NCBI GenBank assembly: GCA_965223845.1 | Contig: CBDCXR010000004.1 | Coordinates: forward strand, 5,280,001-5,344,000 | Direction of reading: 5' to 3' | Source: Planctomycetota bacterium | GTDB lineage: Bacteria; Planctomycetota; UBA8108; SXIK01 | Length of the DNA: 64,000 nucleotides | Part shown: positions 58,619 through 64,000 of the stretch, piece by piece | Numbering within the stretch: the stretch's first letter is position 1 | How the letters are laid out: each line of letters starts with the position of its first letter | Made by a program: the position numbers and the translations under genes | Notes under the pieces: model-generated | Seen by the model: only the letters and a program-made list of their open reading frames with translations | What the model was told of the DNA's origin: nothing | The model's database searches: none

Positions 58619-61600
58619 ATGGCACTCGAAACTAGACCACTTTCGTCGAGGTCGAACCGAAGCTCATCGTTTACACGGCGAAGGCTTGCATCGGTGACTC
58701 GGTTGGTGCTCTGTACCGCGCTTTCATGCGTCGCCGCGAACGCAGATCCAATCGAGTCGCGTCCGATCACGTTCGAACCCGTCGGCTCCGAGCCGAGCGA
58801 TCGATACTTGATGCGCGGTTCGGCGTACTCAGCGATCATCGAAGCGCGCCAGATCGTAGTGTCGGGGCGAGGGGGAGCACGTCCGATCCGAATTCGATGG
58901 GTCGGCGCGCGAAGCGGAACGACGATCGGCGCCCAGGGGAGGCTCGCCGGCGTCAGCAACTACGTCCTCGGTGATCAACCCGACGAGTGGCGACTCGGCG
59001 TGCCCCACTACCGAAAGGTGGTCGCGCGAGGCGTCTATCCCGGTGTCGACGTGGTCTATTACGACCAGGGCGGCAGGCTCGAGTTCGATTTCGTTGTCGC
59101 ACCGGGTGCGGACGCGTCTCTCGTGCGCTTCGAGATCGTGAATGGAAACGACGTCGAAGTCGATGCCGCGGGCGACCTCGTCATGCACGAACCGGGTGGC
59201 GCCTTTCGACTCCTCCGCCCGAAGGTCTATCAAGACGTCGATGGCGAGCGGCGTACGATCGCCGCTCGCTACGTACCGGCCCGATCGTCGTCGGCAGCGG
59301 CGACGACCTATGCATTCGAACTCGCGTCGTACGATACTGATCGCCCCCTCGTCATCGATCCGATTCTCGCGTACGCGCGACGATTCGGCGGCGACGCACT
59401 CGACGACGTGACCGGTGTCGCGGTCGACGCGGACGGGAACGTCTATCTCACGGGCTACACCCAATCCCTCGACTTCTCCTCACCCGAGGGAGAAGACACG
59501 GTCGATTTCGGCGACCGAGGCGGCTCGGATGCCTACGCGTTGAAGCTGTCGGCCGACGGAAGCACGGTCCTCTACTCGACGATTCTCGGCGGAGATCGGC
59601 CCGATCGAAGCCTCGGCATCGTCGTCGATGAAGAGAACAACGCGTACCTCGCGGGCACCACTTCGTTCGTTGACTCTGGCTTTCCTACGACCGAAGGTGC
59701 GTACCGCGCCGCACCCGCGGACTTTTTCATCGCGAAGCTCGGTCCGGACGGGAACCTCGAGTATTCGACGTTTGTCGGCGGACTCAATATCGCGAGCTTC
59801 GGCGGGCTCGCGCTGCACGGTTCGGGAGAGTCGGCGCGCGTTGCGATCGTGGGGTCGACCGTCGCCGGATTCCCGACGACGGCGAACGCCTTCCGGCGAG
59901 GAATCAGCGGTCCCTCGGACACGTTTCTCTTCGTCCTCGAGCCGGCCGGAGGCGCCCCGGCCGAGCAGCTCATCTACTCGACCTACTTCGGCTCCGATTC
60001 GTTCGATAGCGGTATCGCCGTCGCGTCCGGACCGGACGGAAAGTTCTGTGTCACAGGAACGGCTCAAGGGGATCTGCCGCTTCGACACGCATTCGACACC
60101 TCGAGAGAAGGAAACCGCGAGGCGTTCCTCGCGGTTTTCGACTTGGGGCGATCGGGTGACGACTCGCTGGTCTACAGCAGCTACGTCGGCGGGAGTCGAG
60201 ACGAAAACGGCGCCGCGGGAGACGGGGGCGTCGCCGTCGACGCGTCCGGCGTCGTCCTCGTAGCGGGAACGACGACGTCGACCGATTTTCCTGTCACTCC
60301 GGAGGGATACCGCGTTTCACGCGAGAGCGCGGACGCGTTTCTCGTCGCGATCGATCCGACACTTCCCGGAGGTGACTCGCTCGTCTACGGCACGTACTTC
60401 GGCGGGCTCGGAGCCGACGCGGGTACCGCCGTCGCCGCCGGCCCTCCCGGCATCGCGTACCTCGCCGGCTTCACGTCGTCCGCAGAGCTCCCCGGGCGTG
60501 GAGGCGATCCGGCCGAGAAGTTCGGCGCCGGAGCGCGCGGCACCGGGCAAGACGCGTTCGTGGCGAAGATCGACTGGAGACGCCTCGCGAGCGATTCCTT
60601 GATCGACGCCGCCTACGTCGGCGGCGGAGGAGCCGACTTCGCGCGATGGGTCGTGGCTCACGACATCGATACCGTCTTCCTCGCGGGCGACACCTCGTCC
60701 GGCGATGCGTTCGAGCCGACCCCCGGATTCGGACAGAAGGATGGCTTCGTCGCTCGCGTTCACACCCGAGTGCAGCTGCCCGACGGTGTAGTCGGAGTCA
60801 GCTCGAGCGACGATCTCGAGCTCGACTTCGGCGAGGCGCCGTACGAGTGGACGGTGATGTCAGGCGACGTTCCGGAAGGATTGGTCGTCTCCGGCGACGG
60901 CGTTCTCTCGGGCGAGCCCGAAACTCTCGGCGATTTCACCTTCACGGTCGAAGGACGAGACGCGGCGGGGACGACGCGTGCGGTGACGTACGGAAAGCGC
61001 GTCGGCGACGGCGCGACGCCCGGAGACGTCCTCATCCGCAAGGCCGCGGCGATCCCGGTGCCGGGGCGTACTTTCCCGTACTACATCCTCCTCCGCAATC
61101 GAACGGATCGGACGCTCTACAACGTCGGCGTCGTCGAAATCCTCGAGTTCTTCTTTCAATTCGTCTCGGCCACACCGGCGCCGACGCTCATCGAGCCCCC
61201 GCCGACCGGAAACGTGTACTGGACGATTCCCGAGATGCGGCCCGGCGAGCTCAAGGCGATTACGTACCGAGTTCGACTGCCGGACGACTTTCCCGTCGGG
61301 ATCGAGCTCAGTGGTGAGGCTTGCCTCACGGAGGAGGACTGCGGGAAAGAAAAGGCCGAATGCTTCAAGATGGGGAAAGAGCGCTGCGAGAACGCGGGCT
61401 GTGTGGGACCGGGAAGCGTCGGATCGTGCAATCTGTGCAACAAGCAGGAAGGCGAGTTCTGTCAGTCCGAATGGCTCCGCTGCATCGCCCTCGTCGGGAA
61501 AGGCTCGTCGCAGGCGCTCGAGGAAGGTAGCTTCGGCGGCGGCTGCTGGACGAAACGACGCCGCACGCAGCGACCGGTGGATCCGAATCAGAAGGGAGTC

Positions 61601-62620
61601 GCTTCGGAACCGTTTGTTCGCTCCGGCGAGATCCTCGCCTACACGATCGAGTTCGAGAACATCGGAGACATCGAAGCTCAGGATGTCTTCCTCACGGACG
61701 CGCTCGACGAGGACCTCGACCTCGCTACCTTGCGCGTGCTCCGGCCCTACGGAGGTCTCGTTCCTCTCCTCCCGGACGTCCCGGTTTCCATCTTCGAGGA
61801 CGACGACGAAAGGTGGATCGTCACTTTGGATGGCGAGACTCGAGTGGTCACGTGGGATCTCCTCGGAATCGATCTTCCGGCGGGGGAAAGTGACAGCGTG
61901 CTGCTCGTTGTTCAGGCGCCCGAGGGCCTCCCGAGCGGCACGGAGCTCGTAAACGAAGCCACGATTCAGTTCGAGGTCTTCGAGACGCTGACGACGAACG
62001 CGACGGTGAACACGATCGATGACATTCCGCCGGTGGCGACGATCGAGCCGCTCCCCGAGATCACCACGTCGCCGTCATTCGAGATCTCGTGGTCTGGAAC
62101 GGATCAGGTCGGGGAGATCGAAATCTACGCGATCTTCGCCTCGACGAACGGCGGGCCGTACGTGCAGATCGAACGCGCTTTCGAACCGGGAACCGCTCTC
62201 TTCGAAGGCGAATTCGGGAGCACTTACAGCTTTCTAGCCATCGCGCGCGACACCGCCGGCAACGTCGAAGAGCTCGACGATGTCGCGGAGGCGACGACCA
62301 TCCTCCGGCGCCCGGGCGCGGCCGTCTTTCACCGAGGAGATCCGAACGCCTCGGATTCCGTCGACATTTCGGACGGCATCTTCATCTTCGAGTTTCTCTT
62401 CAGCGCGAACGCTCCTACGCTGAATTGCCGCGAAGCGGCGGACTCGAACAACGACGGCTCGATCGACATCTCCGACGGCCTCTACCTTCTCAATTGGCTG
62501 TTCGCCGACGGCGCGGAGCTTCCCGCTCCAGGACCGGCGAGCGCGCCGTGTGGTCCCGATCCGGATCCGCCAGGCTCGCCCGGCGATCTCGGTTGTGACG
62601 ACTACGGACCCTGCCAGTAA
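58619..62620 (+). CDS. Large secreted SBBP beta-propeller protein with Ig/DUF11-like domains and a C-terminal dockerin-like motif
   Basis: VYPGVDVVYY..LEFDFVVAPGAD, LVIDP.L.Y, repeated VD..GN.YL.G.T.S.DF, G.LSG.P, DPNQK...YTIEFEN, FHRGDPNASDSVDISD. Confidence 0.88.
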   Translation: MALETRPLSSRSNRSSSFTRRRLASVTRLVLCTALSCVAANADPIESRPITFEPVGSEPSDRYLMRGSAYSAIIEARQIVVSGRGGARPIRIRWVGARSGTTIGAQGRLAGVSNYVLGDQPDEWRLGVPHYRKVVARGVYPGVDVVYYDQGGRLEFDFVVAPGADASLVRFEIVNGNDVEVDAAGDLVMHEPGGAFRLLRPKVYQDVDGERRTIAARYVPARSSSAAATTYAFELASYDTDRPLVIDPILAYARRFGGDALDDVTGVAVDADGNVYLTGYTQSLDFSSPEGEDTVDFGDRGGSDAYALKLSADGSTVLYSTILGGDRPDRSLGIVVDEENNAYLAGTTSFVDSGFPTTEGAYRAAPADFFIAKLGPDGNLEYSTFVGGLNIASFGGLALHGSGESARVAIVGSTVAGFPTTANAFRRGISGPSDTFLFVLEPAGGAPAEQLIYSTYFGSDSFDSGIAVASGPDGKFCVTGTAQGDLPLRHAFDTSREGNREAFLAVFDLGRSGDDSLVYSSYVGGSRDENGAAGDGGVAVDASGVVLVAGTTTSTDFPVTPEGYRVSRESADAFLVAIDPTLPGGDSLVYGTYFGGLGADAGTAVAAGPPGIAYLAGFTSSAELPGRGGDPAEKFGAGARGTGQDAFVAKIDWRRLASDSLIDAAYVGGGGADFARWVVAHDIDTVFLAGDTSSGDAFEPTPGFGQKDGFVARVHTRVQLPDGVVGVSSSDDLELDFGEAPYEWTVMSGDVPEGLVVSGDGVLSGEPETLGDFTFTVEGRDAAGTTRAVTYGKRVGDGATPGDVLIRKAAAIPVPGRTFPYYILLRNRTDRTLYNVGVVEILEFFFQFVSATPAPTLIEPPPTGNVYWTIPEMRPGELKAITYRVRLPDDFPVGIELSGEACLTEEDCGKEKAECFKMGKERCENAGCVGPGSVGSCNLCNKQEGEFCQSEWLRCIALVGKGSSQALEEGSFGGGCWTKRRRTQRPVDPNQKGVASEPFVRSGEILAYTIEFENIGDIEAQDVFLTDALDEDLDLATLRVLRPYGGLVPLLPDVPVSIFEDDDERWIVTLDGETRVVTWDLLGIDLPAGESDSVLLVVQAPEGLPSGTELVNEATIQFEVFETLTTNATVNTIDDIPPVATIEPLPEITTSPSFEISWSGTDQVGEIEIYAIFASTNGGPYVQIERAFEPGTALFEGEFGSTYSFLAIARDTAGNVEELDDVAEATTILRRPGAAVFHRGDPNASDSVDISDGIFIFEFLFSANAPTLNCREAADSNNDGSIDISDGLYLLNWLFADGAELPAPGPASAPCGPDPDPPGSPGDLGCDDYGPCQ

Positions 62621-62723
62621 GGGACGAGCGTCTCGCGCGAAGCGGAAACGGCAAGCGCAGGATCGACGCACCCCGCCGCATCTTGAGGGCGAGCCCCGTC
62701 TCGGCCGCCGAGCCGGGGTTCAG

Positions 62724-63605
62724 TTAACGTTGAGGGGCCGGCTCCGGAGGAGTCATCGCGAAACAGCGGATGCCGTTCCCGTGCCAGAGCGCCGCTGCGT
62801 GGGACGCGGTGAACGATACGAGGCCTTCGATCGGATCGAACACCTGCACGACGTCACCGTCGACGCGAAGGAGTGCGATCGCGTGGCTCTCGGGTCCCGT
62901 CGCCGGATGGTCGAAGAAGAGAATCGCCGGTGGAGGGACGCCGTCGATGCTCGCGTAGCGCTCGTTGAGCGTCTCCGTCGCGATTCCGAGCTGGTCGAGC
63001 GCGTAACGCATCTGCCCGGGACTCGTCCCGAGCTTCGTCGTACCTAGAAGCGCCGCGGCCTCGCGCTCGGTGATCGAGATTCCAAAACCTTGCGCGATAT
63101 TCGCGACCGTCGCCGCCGCGCAGCTCGAGGGATTCGTTTGGAACCAGAACCCTCGCTGTGTACGCCGCTCTTCGGTCAGCGCCGCCGCGAGCGGGGCATT
63201 CCAATGCACGCTCGCCACGAGAAGGGCCGTGTGCAGAGAAACGACCGCGAGCGTGAGACGGCGGCGGCGCGGATCGCTCGATCGGCGGAGCGCGTACAAA
63301 GAAAACCCAGAGAGGACTGCGAAGAGAAACCCGATCGTCCCCCACGTCGCGAGCGCGGCGTCGCGCTGCAGGCGAAGCGGGAGGATCTGCGCCACGCGAT
63401 CGGACAGCTGCGCCGTCAGAGGCAGCACGACGACGAGCAAGCAGGCGATCGAGATCACGAGCAGCAAGGGCGCGTCGCGAAGGGCGGAGTCGATATCCAT
63501 CGCGGGGTGCGACCGGCGTGCGCGCCGGGCCAGCATCACTCCGAGCGCGCTGCCTACGAGCAGCACGGTCAGCGAAAACACGGCGACCCCGACCACTCTC
63601 TTCAC
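62724..63605 (-). CDS. Membrane protein with C-terminal C39-like cysteine peptidase domain
   Basis: Four TM segments; QTNPSSCAAA (Q..C), SHAIAL (H), VFDP (D). Confidence 0.75.
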   Translation of the reverse strand: MKRVVGVAVFSLTVLLVGSALGVMLARRARRSHPAMDIDSALRDAPLLLVISIACLLVVVLPLTAQLSDRVAQILPLRLQRDAALATWGTIGFLFAVLSGFSLYALRRSSDPRRRRLTLAVVSLHTALLVASVHWNAPLAAALTEERRTQRGFWFQTNPSSCAAATVANIAQGFGISITEREAAALLGTTKLGTSPGQMRYALDQLGIATETLNERYASIDGVPPPAILFFDHPATGPESHAIALLRVDGDVVQVFDPIEGLVSFTASHAAALWHGNGIRCFAMTPPEPAPQR

Positions 63606-63758
63606 CTCGGATGAAACTCTTCTCCGTGCGCGCAGCTCGCTGCCGCAACGCCGCCTCGGCCGACTCGCAACCTCGGCCGAACGCTCGGTTCCGGTATAAT
63701 GCTGCGGTCACCGAAATGCACGTCTCGACTTTCATCCACGTTCAATTGCGGAGCCGGC

Positions 63759-64000
63759 ATGAATCGCATCTTATGTTCCGTGGTCGCCACACTACCGATC
63801 GCCGCCCTCGCATCGTTCGCGGATGAAACGCGCTCGAACGCCGACGTCGTCGACGCCGAGCCGCTCGCCGAGGCCCACGCGCATAACGACTATTACCATC
63901 CGCGGCCTTGCCTCGACGCGCTCGCCCACGGATTCACGAGCGTCGAAGCCGATATCTTCCTCGTCGACGGAGCGCTCCTCGTCGGGCACAGCCGCGACGA
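63759..64000 (+). CDS. Secreted PLC-like/GDPD phosphodiesterase (partial, runs off the right edge)
   Basis: Hand translation: signal peptide, then AHAHNDY...ALAHGFTSVEADIFL..G.LLVGH. Confidence 0.8.
   Translation, partial: MNRILCSVVATLPIAALASFADETRSNADVVDAEPLAEAHAHNDYYHPRPCLDALAHGFTSVEADIFLVDGALLVGHSRD

Overview
High-GC bacterial chromosomal window, most likely Planctomycetota. This is inferred from the DUF1592/DUF1552 pair, DUF1080, DUF1579, a DUF1501 remnant, two Cys-type sulfatases, a planctomycete-type redoxin-cytochrome c protein and a dockerin-like C-terminus. About 48 genes were found. No rRNA, tRNA, CRISPR array or transposase was seen. Positions 1-14.4 kb form a signalling block: a Pil/Chp-like chemosensory operon (MCP, PilH-like regulator, CheW, multi-Hpt CheA running off the left edge), a GAF kinase/FixJ-like pair, a beta-barrel porin and a large propeller hybrid kinase. 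The rest holds glycan/sulfate catabolism (sulfatases, GH32, GH97, SSS symporter), three rRNA methyltransferases, a SelD fusion, secreted repeat proteins and a nonulosonate-type glycosylation cluster. The strongest non-obvious signals are: (i) a 1.35-kb non-autonomous Tn3-like cassette with 38-bp IRs, a 5-bp target duplication and a res-like site, carrying ycaC-marR and inserted into a short host repeat; (ii) a structured three-way-junction RNA candidate with kissing loops and tandem terminators upstream of the porin; (iii) a recurring 16-bp GGG-N-CCC operator-like motif across the signalling block; (iv) a TetR module with two perfect operators; (v) a HEAT gene with an in-frame TGA. All family assignments come from motif recognition by eye; no searches were run.
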